A DNA stretch of 64,000 bases from Mobula hypostoma (Eukaryota): contig NC_086108.1 in assembly GCF_963921235.1 (NCBI RefSeq), positions 38,132,001-38,196,000 of the forward strand, in the 5' to 3' direction. A model generated the notes under the pieces. The model saw nothing but the letters and a program-made list of their open reading frames with translations, was not told the DNA's origin and did not search any database. Below are positions 12,262 through 25,359 of the stretch, piece after piece (the stretch's first letter is position 1; the number at the start of each line of letters is the position of its first letter). A program made the position numbers and the translations under genes.

Positions 12262-13559
12262 TCAGACCTCCTTTCCCCTGGAGGTTGGTGCCGGCTCAAT
12301 ACAGCCAGTCGGAACCGCCGTTTTTCCTTTCCCCGTCTCCTTCTCTGGGGCAAAGCACCTGGATGCAAAGTGTCCGACTTTCCCACAATTATAACAGACG
12401 ACCCTGGGAGACTTCCTACCAAACTGCTCCCGGTCTACCTTATCCTTCTCACTAGTCCCCAGCTTACTTACTGACTTTTCTGGCGGACTCTCCCTGCCGT
12501 CCTGACTACTCTTCTGGTAGCCTTTACTCGGGGAAAACTTCATTTTATGGGTCAACGCGTACACACCCACTAACTTAGCAGTTGCGGCTAATGTTGCTGC
12601 CTCTTTCTGATCTAGGTAGGGTCTCATACCTTCAGGGACACAACCTTTAAACTGCTCAATCAGGATCAGCTGTAGCAGTCTGTCATATTCCCCATTTACC
12701 CCCTTCAAGGTGCACCAATGCTCACAATATGTCTGCATCTCACGGGCAAACTCTAAATATGTGCGGTCCCACTGTTTCCTCACATTCCGGAACCTCTGCC
12801 GGTATGCCTCTGGGACCAACTCATAAATCCTGAGGATGGCATCTTTCACCACCTCATACCTCTGGGCATCTTCCGCGGAAAAAGCCAAGTAAGCTTGTTG
12901 GGCCTTTCCTTTAAGTACACTCTGAAGCAAAACAGCCCACTTATCCCTCGGCCAGTCCTGACTTGCAGCAACTTTTTCGAAATGGAGAAAGTACCGATCC
13001 ACATTGGTATCGTCAAATGGGGGAACCAGCCTAACCTCCTGGGTCGCCCTGAACCCTCCACCTTGGTTCGGCATGGGCCCCTGCTCTGCCCTTATCCTTA
13101 ACCTCTCCAGCTCGAATTCCCTTTCCCGCTGTTTCTCTTCTCGCTCCAACTGTTTGTCCCTCTCTCTCTCTTGCCGTTCTAACTGTTTCTCTCTCTCTTG
13201 CCGTTCTAACTGTTTCTCTCTCTCTTGCCATTCTAAATGTTTCTCTCTCTCTTGCCGTTTTGTTTCTCTTCGTGTTCTAGCTGCCGTACCCGGAACGCGT
13301 GCTCGAGTCTCAGTTTTTCAAGCTGCACCTGTACTGCGTCTCCACCAGGTTTTCCAATAGATATCACCTCCAGCTCCCCTTGGGGAAACACACCTTTAGA
13401 TACATAGTGCTCTACGATAGCTGTGTGTATCTCCTCTCTCCTCATTGTCGACTTCCCCTTAACAAGATTCAACCGTTTGGCCACAGCTGCCAATTCCGCT
13501 TTCCTGGCATCCTCTAATGCCTCCAAGGTCGGCGCCTTTAGAAATTCCTCAATCTCCAT
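12262..13559 (-). pseudogene. gag: gag with coiled-coil repeat, SCAN-like capsid domain and CCHC knuckle (frameshifted)
   Basis: EAYRQRFR...LILIEQF..VP (SCAN-like), CYNCGKVGHFASRC; 27-bp tandem repeat (LERQEREKQ) at about 13150-13270. Confidence 0.9.
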
Positions 13560-13635
13560 TTCTGCTGTTTGCCTTTTCTTTCTTTCAGGAATTTTAACCC
13601 AATCAATTTACCCCATCCCAAATTTAGCATTCACA

Positions 13636-13653
13636 ATCCCGGACGTGCCCCCA
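13636..13653 (-). promoter_or_regulatory. Primer-binding site, tRNA-Pro type
   Basis: TGGGGGCACGTCCGGGAT, 17/18 match to the classical tRNA-Pro PBS TGGGGGCTCGTCCGGGAT, 4 nt inside the 5' LTR. Confidence 0.9.
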
Positions 13654-13657
13654 CTTA

Positions 13658-14569
13658 TGTTACGTACCCTGTAACTGGGTTGCCAAACCAGCAGAAATGG
13701 ACCACTCAGTTGGAGTCTGGATTACTGGAACTAAGAAAGTTTTATTAAAGAAATAAGAAACACAATACTCTAATAGTAAGGATATAAATGCAACAGGTTA
13801 GCAATGAATAAACACACATGTACACAGAACTAGGATAATAGGATCAATCAAGCTCTATCACAGTCTAGGGGTAAATGACCAGTTTCAAGTGACGCAAAGT
13901 TCAGTTCAATTGAGTTCAGTGCAGTTCACAGTAATCACTGTTGTGCCGTTGGGTGGGGAAAAGGAGAGAGAGCGAAAGTGAATGAATATTCAAAACGGAT
14001 TCCACACAGACCTTCGATATTCCTTGCAGTTAGCTTTCGGGCGAGTCCTTGGTAATGTCTTCTGAGGTCACTGACTGTGACCCCTCCGTTCCAGACACGA
14101 TCATTCTTAAGTGGTGAAACCAGCACCCAGGCAAGTGCGGACACACACCAGGTTCCCACCGACCGTATCTTTCCACCCTGTGCGTCTATGTCTGGTCTCG
14201 CGACCAGACCTCCAAACACTCCCACCGACTTGTGGGGGCGCACCGCTTCCAGGGTCTCGTTACCTCGTGGTGTCGTGTGTGCCTTAGCGAATCTGCCCTT
14301 TTTTATCCCCCTGCTGGGGTATCGCCTGTCCATCACACTTCAAACAGTTCAGGGTTCAAAAGGAGCCGGTCTTGACAATACTCAGACCGGTGTCTCCTTC
14401 CGTTAAACTCTCTCGTCTCTTCATTAACATTTCCAAATGCTGCTCCATTGTCTTACTTATCTCTCTCTCCTGAAGACAGGTGGCAGATCAACTGTTGATC
14501 CCACTGGTGCTAGCACAGGACAGTTAACATCTTAGTCTATGTGTACTTTTGTAACCCTCTTTCGTCACA
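13658..14569 (-). repeat. 5' LTR of Gmr1-like element (912 bp)
   Basis: Direct repeat of 7904-8800; followed on the minus strand by the PBS. Confidence 0.97.
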
Positions 14570-14959
14570 CCATATATCAATGCAGCTATAAAGAGGACAA
14601 TACAGTGGTTATATTTGATCCGGAGTTTGAGGAGATTTGATATGTCACCTAAAACACTCACAAATTTCTACAAATATACAGTAGAGAGCATTCTGACAGG
14701 ATGCATTACTGTCTGGTATGGAGCGGGTGGGGAGGGTGTACTGCCCAGGATCGAAGTGAGCTGCAGAGAGTTGTAAAATTAGTCAGCTCCATCATGGGCA
14801 GCAGCCTCCAAAGTATCCAAGACATCTTCAAAGAACAGCGTCTTAAAAAGGCAGCATCAATCATTAAGGGCCCTCACCTCCCAGGACATGCCCCTTTTTC
14901 ATTGTTACCATCAGGAAGGAGTTAAAAAAGTATGATGACACACTCTCAACATTTTAATT

Positions 14960-14994
<35 letters not shown>

Positions 14995-15109
14995 TTACTG
15001 TAATTCACAGTTTTTTTCTATATTATCATGTATTGCATTGTACTGTTGGTGCAAAGTTAAGAAATTTCACGAAATACACTCGTGACATTAAACCTGATTC
15101 TGATTCTGA
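14570..15109 (+). mobile_element. Rex1-type LINE fragment, 3' part with tail
   Basis: HINAA..LYLIRSLRRF.MSPKTLTNFY..TVESILTG continues 7365-7903; (TA)n(CA)n at about 14960-14992; ends in attaaacctgattctgattctga. Confidence 0.8.
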
Positions 15110-15947
15110 AATTGACTTTAGGAGAAGGAAACCAGAGGTCTATGAGCCAGTCCTCATCAGAGGATCAGAGGTGGAGAGGGTTAGCACCTTTTAATTCCTT
15201 GGTGTTCTTATTTCGGAGGACCTATCCTGAGCCTCGTACCTTAGTGCAATAACAAAGAAAGTACAGCAGTTCCTCTACTTCCACAGGAGTTTGCAGAGAT
15301 TCTGCATGGCATCGAAGACTTTGACAGACTTCTATAGCTATGTAGTGGAGAATATATTGACTGGCTGCCTCACAGTCGGGTATGGAAACACCAATGCCCT
15401 TGAATGGAAAATTGTACAATAAGTAATGGATACAGCCTTCCCAACCATTGAGCACATCGGCATGGAGCATTGTTGCAGGAAAGCAGCATCCACCATCAGG
15501 GGATGTCCATGCTGTCTTCTCACTGCTGCCATCAGGACGAAGGTACAGGAGCCTCAGGACTCCCACCACCAGGTTCAGGAGCAGTTGCTACCCCTCACCC
15601 ATCAGGGTCCTGAACCAAGGAGGGTAATTCCACTCAACTTCACTTGCCCCATCATTGAAATGTTCCCACAACCAATAGACTCACTTTCAAGGACTCTTCA
15701 ACTCATGTTCTCAATATGTATTGCTTATTTATTTATTTATTATTATAATTTATTCTTTTTGGATTTGCAGAGTTTGTTGTCTTCTGCACACTGGTTGAAC
15801 ACCCTTGTTGGGCAGTCTTTCTTTGATCCTGTTATGGTTATTGTTCTGTAGATTTATTGAGTTTGCCCACAAGAAAATGTTTCTCAGGGTTGTATATGGT
15901 GACATATATGTAATTTGATAATAAAATTTACTTTGAACTTTGAACTT
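15110..15947 (+). mobile_element. Rex1-type LINE 3' fragment
   Basis: IDFRRRKP..EVERVS.F.FLGV, VVENILTGC motifs; tail aataaaatttactttgaactttgaactt. Confidence 0.7.
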
Positions 15948-16559
15948 AATTAATAGTTTTTGTTGGGTTTGTTTGCTCTTAACTTATCATCTCATCTTTA
16001 TTTACCAGATGTGATTCTAAGGATTATATGTGCACACAAGTTATCCGTACCAGCGTATCAGTTCGTTACAGAGACACCAGTAGGAATAATGTGCACACAG
16101 AAAGAAGAGCTCTTTCTTGCAATTTTATCATAATATTTGGATTAAGAATGGAAGTAGCTTGATACAGTTCTCATTGCAGAGCAATAGTGAAAGGTATTAA
16201 AAGGAAGATGCTGTGTTCGAATGTGTCAAAGTCTAGAGACCAGCCAAGCAAGATAATGAAAGTTCAGTTACTTCTGTCACAACAAAAGAATGTTATTTAG
16301 ATAATCAATTAGCTTGGACACAATTAATCTATCTCAAAAAGTTAGAAAGAAACAATCCCACAATCAAGTACAGAGGTTCATATATGCAGCTTTCTGAAAA
16401 AAAAACAAACAGAAATAGGCAGCATGTTCCTTTCTAACACAGTCCACCAAAATAAGGTATACATCATTAAATTAAAGGTTCAATACTACCTAGGAATTGA
16501 ATGATAATCAGTTCCCAGTGGTCAAAAGTTTTTGATTTTGTCCGAGAGATTTCAACTTT

Positions 16560-17160
16560 AGTAAATTGGTTTATTATTGTCACATGTTCTGAGGTACACT
16601 GAAAAATTTTCTTTTGAATGCCATCTATAAAGATAATTGCATCACAACACTGCAAAGAAAAAGCCGTAATAGAATGCAGGATAAAGTGTTACATTTCAAA
16701 AAAGAGTGCAGGGTTGGCATACAATAAAGTCCAAAATCATAACAAGGTAGATTGTGAGGCTCAGAGTCCTTCTTATTGTACTTGAAGACCACTCAGTAGT
16801 CTTATAACAGCAGGATATAAGCTGTCCTTGGGTCTGGCTTTTAGGTTTTTGTATCCTATTCCTGATAGGAAGGGGGATGAGAAGAGAATGGCTGGGATAG
16901 GTAGGGTCTTTGCTTATGTTAGCAACTTCACTGGGGCAATGAGAAACGTGGACAAGAGTCAATGGAGAAGAGGCTGTGTTTCATGATGTGCTCAGTTGTG
17001 TCCCTAACGATCTGCAGTTTCTTGCTTTCTCAGACAAAGCAACAGTCATGGTGCGTCTGGATAAATGGTGCATCAATTAAAATTGGTGAGGTTCAAAGGA
17101 CGTGCTAAGTTTCTTTAGCCTCTTGAGGAAGTGGAGATGCTGGTGTACTTTCTTGGCTTA
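16560..17160 (-). mobile_element. Decayed LINE (Rex1-like) 3' end
   Basis: Begins with 'ggtttattattgtcacatg', shared with 56870-57470 and 60037-60470. Confidence 0.55.
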
Positions 17161-18236
17161 AAGTATGATTTTCCTTTAAAGAACCTCTAACATGAAATTT
17201 CATCCAGCTGGTAACTAGTCCATTGTGCAGGTCTGCTTATCTTTACAAATAAAGTTCCAGGTGAAGAATGAAGTGCAGACTGAATCACACTTAATAGCAT
17301 TGCTCTTGGCTTAAAAGTGGACCCTATAGAATAGTGTCAGTCATATTTAACCTAGAAGACATAATTTCTGAATGATGAAACATTTCAATAAGTCTTAATA
17401 GGTTAATAAAGAAAAAAACTACAAATACAGGAAATCTGAAATTAAAAACAATGTAAAACACAGCAAAAGTGAATGAAAATAAAAATTAATATTTCAGCTT
17501 TTATCAATGCACAGTAAGCCTTTAAATACAAACAAAAAGGCAGTACATCAAGTACTGGGCATCTAGACGAAGTGGACAAGACGATTTGTAAATCAGTTAC
17601 TGGCCCAGATCTTGCTAGGGAATAGCAGCTGTTTCCACGTGGCTTAAGGATTTCTATTCAAAACCACAATACTGTTGTCAGTTTTAGCCATTTCTTTTTG
17701 TAATTACATTCCAAAGCTCAACTTCTCATTGAGCTTTGCATGGGAGCATTAACTGGAACATTCTGCCCTCTGCTTTTGAAGCTAAATCATTAGCAGCTAC
17801 TTCATTGACATCAGCGCAATAAAACAGCTGTGAAGGACAATGCACTGGTTAAACTGTTTTATTTAAATTAAATGTTTTTCATCTGTTTGTGATAAGGCTT
17901 CATTGTTTTAAATTTAAATTGATTAGATTTTTTAATAACTCTGCACAGTTGTTGAATTTGGCTAAATATCAGATTTTTTTTGTCAGCGTGACTTAGCTAG
18001 TTGTCAAAGATTTTTTTCAGCACTGAATTGAACATGTATTTTCTTGCAGCTCCTTGCATTAACCATTGCATTGTGAAATACCCTGGTGTTTCAAAGGCTT
18101 TGCCTTGAGGGAAGGAGCTACACTGGAATTACATAAGATTAAGTCTAAATTTTCTTTGGAGTTCTATGGCAAATATGTGCATAGATTGTTGCTGACCACA
18201 AATTTTATACTACTGAGTTTTAGTGTTTTGTAGGTA

Positions 18237-18479
18237 TTTTATTTATTGAGATATAGCGTGAAACAGGCCCTTGTGATGCTTTGAGCCATGCCATCCAGCA
18301 ATCCCCTGATATAATCCTAGCCTAATGTCCAGACCATTTACGGTGACCAATTAACCTACCAACTGGTACATCTTTGGACTGTGGGGGAAAACCGGAGCCC
18401 CTAGAGGAAACCTACATGGTCATGGGGAGGCAAAGGCAGGAATTGAACTGTAAAGCTTTGTGCTAACCACAATACTACC
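18237..18479 (-). mobile_element. tRNA-derived SINE (V-SINE/HE1-like)
   Basis: Homologous to 25075-25359; core 'tctttggactgtgggggaaaaccggagc'; (TAAA)n tail. Confidence 0.75.
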
Positions 18480-18644
18480 AATGGTAGATTAACTGCGAAG
18501 CAATGCAGAGTTAAACAACAGGTTCTCACAAATGAACAAAGTCTAAAAAAGTTTTTTTTTTCTTCTGTTGTATGCAAAATTCTATTTCTAAAGATAATTT
18601 TAACAAACTTATAGCTCTAAAATGGATATTGTCAAAATACTTAC

Positions 18645-18724
18645 TTGACCTTTGGTTTTTGATGAAAAACAGTTTCAGGCGTTCTTTGAAAGTGTTTTCA
18701 TTCACATAAAATTCAACTTGCACT
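18645..18724 (-). CDS. KCNT1/KCNT2: Internal coding exon of a Slo2 sodium-activated potassium channel (KCNT1 or KCNT2), N-terminal region before S1
   Basis: 80-bp exon (1+78+1 nt) encoding [26 protein letters not shown]; polypyrimidine acceptor ttctttttcattcacAG (AG at 18726-18725) and GTAAGT donor (18644-18639). The peptide matches recalled KCNT1; the paralogue cannot be resolved from one exon. Confidence 0.93.
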
Positions 18725-19267
18725 CTGTGAATGAAAAAGAATATGCAACCTATTTTCAGATTTATTGACTTTCATAATAAAAGACAGTAAAACTATTACT
18801 CAGACAGTTTCAAACATGATAGGGTCTGCTGCAGAGCAAATAATTAAAGGATTACACTTTAGTTTAATGTATGGCTTTTGTCGCAAAAATTCTGAACAAT
18901 CAGTCATCAACGTTCTCTGTTTTAGTACAGTGCAGCAACTTTATCAGACTTGGACATCATCAGCAACTATAATCCTTCTACTTTGGGAAACTGGACAAGA
19001 GAGGATTGTTTTGCTGAGTCAACAACAAATTAATACAGAATCCTGAGAGCGAGTACAAAAAGAAAACACAGATTCAACTTCCAGCAGCACTTGGTGATAA
19101 AAATATATTTCAACCTGGCATCAGCTTAAAAGATAAAGATGCATGTGGTATCTTGAGAAGATGGGCAATGTAATCATGTCACATAAGATGACAATTCAAC
19201 CATGATCTGGCATTTAATTAGATCATATTGAATCTATATCTTTACTCTGTTTTGGTAACTGACAAGC

Positions 19268-19430
19268 AAAGGAAATCTGCAGATTCTTAAACTCTAGCAA
19301 GAACAGAAAAAGCTGGAAATATTCAGCAGGTCAGACAGTGCCTGAATCAATGCTTCACACTGATTCTCTTTCATTCTCCACAAATGCTGCCTCACATGAT
19401 GAGCATTTCCAGGATTTTCTGATTTTATTC
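19268..19430. repeat. Old Penelope-derived palindromic remnant
   Basis: gctggaaatattcagcaggtcagacag ... tgctgcctcacatgatgagcatttccag imperfect inverted arms, related to the ends of 27810-29014. Confidence 0.55.
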
Positions 19431-21363
19431 AATTTTGATAATATCATATTCTCTCTAACTTTGTGAGTTATTGCACATTTTCCTTAACTTTTCAAATACT
19501 TATAGTGTACGTGGACATGATAGGCAGCAAAATTAGATTCAAATAAAACTCAATTTACTTGTGAAAAAGGGTATAACAAAAATCACTCTAAAGAATAATA
19601 ATGGATTTTCTTTATATCAGCATTAGAAATGAATTTCGTTTAGTTTACAACAATGTGTTGAATTAATATTTGAATCATAAAAGATTTATACCCATATGGA
19701 GACTCAAGTTACCTTGGATATTACTTATTACAAATTAATTGGAATATCTGCCACTTCAGTGTTGAGTACCCAATATACTAAATGTGTCTCAGACACTAAT
19801 AACTTTTACAGACAGTTACATCTCATATGTTAGATTGCTTTATTACTGAGTGCCTTCAGGAGGCTTTGCTGAACAGGCAATGCAGTTGCTATGGCTTCTC
19901 CACCAAGAGAGTAAATTTCTGAGGCAAGATGGCAGATTTAATTTTCAATCCTACAAACCAATCTTTTTCACAGCATGCTCAGGGCAAGACCGAGGATCAT
20001 GCACTTGCTTTGTCTCCTCTCTCCCACTACACAAGAAAACAAAATCCGCAGTTTGTCTGAATACATGTCCTTCTGTACCTGTATGATACCCATTTTGCTG
20101 ACCTACAACTCGGGGCCTTATTACATTATATATTATTTCATTTATGATACAGGGGTTTTGACTGAATTATCAATATCATATTCAGTTCAATCGTATATGA
20201 CTCCTAAACTTCATCTGCTGAACTTGCATTTTCTTACTTAATTATTTTTGTCACCTACGAAGCAGGAAAAACTAATCAGCTATCTATTATTGGATGAACC
20301 ACAATTTCACCTCACTAAACACTGTGAAAACAGAAGCCATTATCTTTGAACCCTGGCATAAATTCTGATTCTATCCATCTTCACCATTCTTGATCCATTA
20401 CCTTGTCGGGCCCTGCAGAAGCTGGACTATTGCTCTAATGTGTTTTTCATTTAAAATCTGTCTTTCCAAGATTAAATGCTGCACTTCCATTTGATACGGT
20501 CTGAAGAAAGGTACCTAAAGGCAGGCTCTCCCAAACCACTGCTCCAATACTGTAAGCATGAAATGCTGCAGTTTTCATTTGCTCCTTCCTTTGAAGGATC
20601 TTCTGAAATGATTAATAAATAAACCCATCTTTCTACATTTAACTGTCATTGCAAAACCTAAGAATTAAACTTCCATCAAGATAGTTTTAAAACATGGGTG
20701 AAGGCTGTCAAAAATAAACACCAAGTTTATTAACACTGGTTTGGCTGCAAATGAGGTATTGTATCTAGTTCTGGGTTAGAAATTTTAGAAAAGATGTGAA
20801 AGTTTTAGAGAAAGTGTAAGAGGCAAGAAAGAGGCAAGCAATGGGAGCTACCTTAGTAAATATATTTAAGACAAGATTGGAGGTAAATGGAATTAATGTG
20901 AATGGGCAATAATGTGAATGGTCAATTTTTTTGTACTGTACAAATCCAATTTAGTGTTATTCACCTTGGCACAGAGCCAGCTGTAAGGAGGTATGATGGA
21001 GGTGTTTAAAACCATGAAGGGTATTGACAGAGTAGGTGGAAAGAAACTTTCCCTAATGCTAGATATGTTAAGAACCAGGAGACCACAGCAAGAAAGTGAT
21101 TTGCAAGAGTGTTTCAGGGAATTATTTTCACACAAGTGATAAGGGTCTAGAACGCAATGTAATGGGAAGAAATTAAATTTTACCAGACTAAGAATTTGAG
21201 ATACGTGTCCAAGAGTAAAGAACTTAGAGCAAGGGAAAAAGCTGGTATGGACTTAATATTATTGTCTGAATCTTTTCAGGTTGTAACAATTTTGTGTTTC
21301 TGCATGGAAACTAAATTGAGTTCTTAATGATTTCACTGTTTTGTTCTAGTGGTTTGTCAAAAA

Positions 21364-22745
21364 TTTGAATCAAATTGAATTGACTTTATTTCTTACATCT
21401 TTCACATACATAACGAGTAAAAATCTTTATGTTACGTCTCTGTCTAAATGCGCAATGTGTAATCATAATAATTTATAATAAATAAAGCAATCAATGTAAC
21501 ATAGGAATACACACAAATCAGTGTGAGTTAATCAGTCTGATGGCCTGGTGGAAGAAGCTGTCCCAGAGCCTGTTGGTCCTGGCTTTAATGCTACAGTACC
21601 ATTTCCCGGATGGTAGCAGCTGGAATAGATGTTGTTGGGGTGACTTGGGTCCCCAGTGATCCTTCGGGCTCTTTTTCTCACACCCGTTTTTGTAAATGTC
21701 CTGAATCATGAGAAGTTCACAACTACAGATGCACTGGGCTGTCCATACCACTCTCTGTAGAATCCTGCAATTAAGTGGGGTACAGTTCCCATACCAGGCG
21801 GCAATGCAGCCAGTCAAGATGCTCTCAATTGTGCCCCTGTAGAAAGTTTGTAGGATTTGGGGGCCCATACTAAACTTCCCTAACCATCTGAGGAGAAAGA
21901 GGTGCTGTTGTGCCTTTTTCACCACACAGCTGGTGTGTACAGACCATGTAAGGGCCTCAGTGATGTAGATGCAGAAGAACTTAAAGCTGTTTACCCTCTC
22001 AACCCCAGATCCACTGATGTCAGTAGGGGTTAGCCCGTCTCCATTCCTCCTGTAATCCACAACCAGCTCCTTTGTTTTTGCGACATTGAGGGAGAGGTTG
22101 TTTTCTTGACACCACTGTGTCAGAGAGATGGCTTCTTCCCTGTAGGCCACCTCGTTATTGTTTGAGATAAGGCCAATCAATGTAGTATCATCTGCAAATT
22201 GATTTAGCAGATTAGAGCTGTGGGTGGCGACACAGTCATGGGTATACAGGGAGTAAAGGAGGGGACGTAGTACACAGCTCTGAGGAGCTCCTGTGTTGAG
22301 AGTCAGCGGGGTGGAGGTGAGAGAGCCCACTCTTACCACCTGCCAGCGATCTGACAGGAAGTCCAGGATCCAGCTGCACAAGGCAGGGTCAAAGCCCAGG
22401 TCTCTGAGCTTCCTGTCGAGCCTGGATGGAATGATGGTGTTGAATGCTGAACTGTAGTCCAAGAGCAGCATTCTCACATAAGCATCCTTCTTCTCCAGAT
22501 GTGTAAGGACAGTATGTAGAGTAGTAACTATTGCATCGTCTGTCAATCGATTGTGTCAGTAGGCGGATTGTAGTCCTTGACCAGCCTCTCAAAGTATTTG
22601 CTTATTATTGAGGTGAGTGTGACAGGACGCCAGACATTCAGGCATGTTACCTTGGTCCTTTTTTGGTCTAGGGACAATGGTGGATAATTTGAAGCAGGAG
22701 GGCACTCTACATTGGGAGAGAGAAAGATTAATAATGTCTGTAAAA
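21364..22745 (-). mobile_element. Rex1/Babar-type LINE, 5'-truncated, 342-aa RT C-terminal ORF still open
   Basis: ORF 21518-22546: [53 protein letters not shown] and short-repeat tail at about 21364-21390. Confidence 0.9.
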
Positions 22746-22770
22746 GAGTAGTTAGTTAGACTGTAATACA

Positions 22771-23326
22771 CACTCAGTGGACATTTTATTAGACCTGTAC
22801 ACCTTCTGGTTAATGCAAATATCTAATCAGTTAATCATGTGGCCGCAACTCAGAGCATAACAGCATGTAGACATGGTCAAGAGATTCAGTTGTTGTCCAG
22901 ACTAAACATCAGAATGAAGAAGAAATGTGATTGAAGTGACTTTGACCATGGAAGTATTGTTGGTGGTTTGAGTATCTCAGAAACTGATGATCTCCTGGGA
23001 TTTTTACACACAACAGCTTCCATAGTTTATAGTGAATTGTGCAAAAGACAAAAGAAGTATCAAGTGAGCGGCAGTTCTGAGAGTGGAAAATATCATGTTA
23101 ATGAGAGAGCTCAGAGGAAAATGTCCAGACCGGTTCAAGTTGACAGGAAGGCGACAGTAGCTCAAATATTCATGCATTAAAACAGTCGCGTAGGGAAGAG
23201 CACCTCTGAACACACAACACATTGAACCTTGAAGTGGATGGACTACAGCAGTAGAAGATCACAAACATACATTCAGTGACCACTTTATTAAGTACAGGAG
23301 GTATTTTAAAAAGTGGTTACTGAGTG
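22771..23326 (+). mobile_element. Non-autonomous Tc1-like deletion derivative
   Basis: Termini cactcagtgg... / ...aagtggttactgagtg; internal remnant of transposase N-terminus (LSISETDDLLGF). Confidence 0.65.
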
Positions 23327-25074
23327 CATATTTTTTTTAGTGGGTACCTGTTCTTTCATGGATGCTGATTTGCAATACAAATTAGGTCCGTATTAAACTG
23401 CATACAGGGAATGATTGACTGCAATCATGAATCATTTTCTGTTCAATTCCTCCATAAATCCATTATATCTCTTTATAAACTACTTTTTGATATCAATGGA
23501 AAGCCAGACAATTATTTGTTTAAAAACTTGAAAACAGAATACACACTAAAATGCTGTTAATATTCATTTTTTGACATTCCATTAAAGAGGCAAGAAGAGA
23601 ATTGGGTATTAGGATTTTGACAGCGTCTGTGACTATAGTTATGAGGAATCTGTGATGACTGCAGCTAAGAAAGTTATTGGGTGAATAAGAAAAGTTCTTC
23701 AAAACGAAATTCATACTCTTATAAATACATAAGGAAAATCTCCGATCATCTAACATGGTTATTTTACATTAATCATTTTACAACTGTGTTGTGTAATCAT
23801 TAGCAAACTGTAACACTAATGGATTTGTTGAGGGAGAAGCATAGGATTAGACCAGATGTTTCATTTAGAAAGCGTGCATAAGTCCAGAAAATCTTCGATA
23901 AGGAAAAGTTTCACCACACAGGCAACGCAAAATGCATGTCAACTTAACATAGTTTTGAAAGCCTGCTTCTGCAAAGTTCAAGCATATATTATGCTTCACA
24001 GGATGGAAAGGGGAGTGGGTTGGGAAGAGGTTTATGTTTTGTGGTCAAGGGTGTCATATACACCATCTGTGAGACCTGGAAGGTATTTACCAATATCTGT
24101 AGAAAAACACAGCAAGTCACTGCTGATATCTTATTCAGAGAAAACAACTTTCCAATAAAATTCTATAATGTAGGATGGATAAATGGTGGACAATATCTGG
24201 GCCACATATCCACAGCAATGGATGAAGTGACACATTTCTATGCTGGGAATTGTAAAATATAGCAATCTACAAACTGGATGCATGATTCACCATCAGGAAG
24301 GATCTCTGCACTCAGTGGAATGCTTATAATAAGCTTCACTCATTGTACTCTGGAATCAGTGACACTGGTGTTAGATCCAAAACATACAACTGTTCTTTTC
24401 AAACATGGGGCAATCGAACATCTAAACAAAAGCCAAACTTTCACTAGACTATCAACTTACACCTGGGTTAGCAAATGTACTGTATTTCAGTTGTAAGATG
24501 AAGAAGAAAAGGTTGCGAATAAAATCACATGCTAGCAAGGAACAGAACAAGAATAATTCCCCAATCACTTAATCAAATTATAGTATATTGTATTGATTTC
24601 TAATACGCTGCTGAGTTCATTCAAACTGAGTTTCAGAGTCACTTATCACATGTACATCAGAGCATACAGTGAAATTTGTCACTTGTGCCAACAACCAACA
24701 CAACCTAAGGATGTGTTGGGGTCAGGCTGCAAGTGTCACCACACATTTCAGTGCCACCATAGCATACCTACCATGTTTGGAGAACATACAAGCAACAACA
24801 ACGATACCAAAACAAGCCCCTTACCTTCCTCCCACCCACCCATGCACACACAGAGACAGTTCCCTAACCCCAGGACAGGCAGTATTCAGAATTCAGGGCA
24901 TTACACAGTTCAGGAGATTTCCTTTCTTTCCTGAGCTACTGTATTTATATCATGCATTCAATTCGTCAATCCCCCAGAGCAACAAAACAGAATATCTTTT
25001 GTTTTCTGAGCAAAATTTATTTATTTTGTAATAGGAGAATTGAAAATTAAACACAAGGTATATTTAAAGTTCAC

Positions 25075-25359
25075 ATTTATTTGTTTATTGAGATAAAGGC
25101 AGAGTAGACCCTTCCAGCCCTTCGAGCTGTGTTACCCAGCAACCCCTGATATAATCATGGCCTAATCAGGGAACAATTTACAAAGACCAATTAACCTACA
25201 AACCGGTACATCTTTGGACTATGGGAGGAAACAGGAGCACCTGGAGGAAACCCACCCAGTCACTGGGAGAATGTCCAAGCTCCTTAAAGGCAGCGGAGGG
25301 AATTGAACCCAGGTCACTGGTACTGTAAAGCCCTGTGTTAACCACAACACTACTGTGCC
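25075..25359 (-). mobile_element. tRNA-derived SINE (V-SINE/HE1-like), near full length
   Basis: Minus-strand head ggcacagtagtgttgtggttaac...gggttcaattccc (A- and B-box-like), same core and tail as 18237-18479. Confidence 0.8.

Larger units (their letters stand above)
7904..14569 (-). mobile_element. Near full-length Gmr1-like (Ty3/Gypsy) LTR retrotransposon
   Basis: Two TG..CA LTRs, 4-bp TSD CCAT (7900-7903 / 14570-14573), PBS, PPT, gag and pol with PR-IN-RT-RH order, no env. Confidence 0.96.

Noticed and set aside
18526..18644. ORF continuation after NQRS (SKYFDNIHF...)
   Set aside because: Read-through into the intron past a consensus GTAAGT donor; channel similarity stops there
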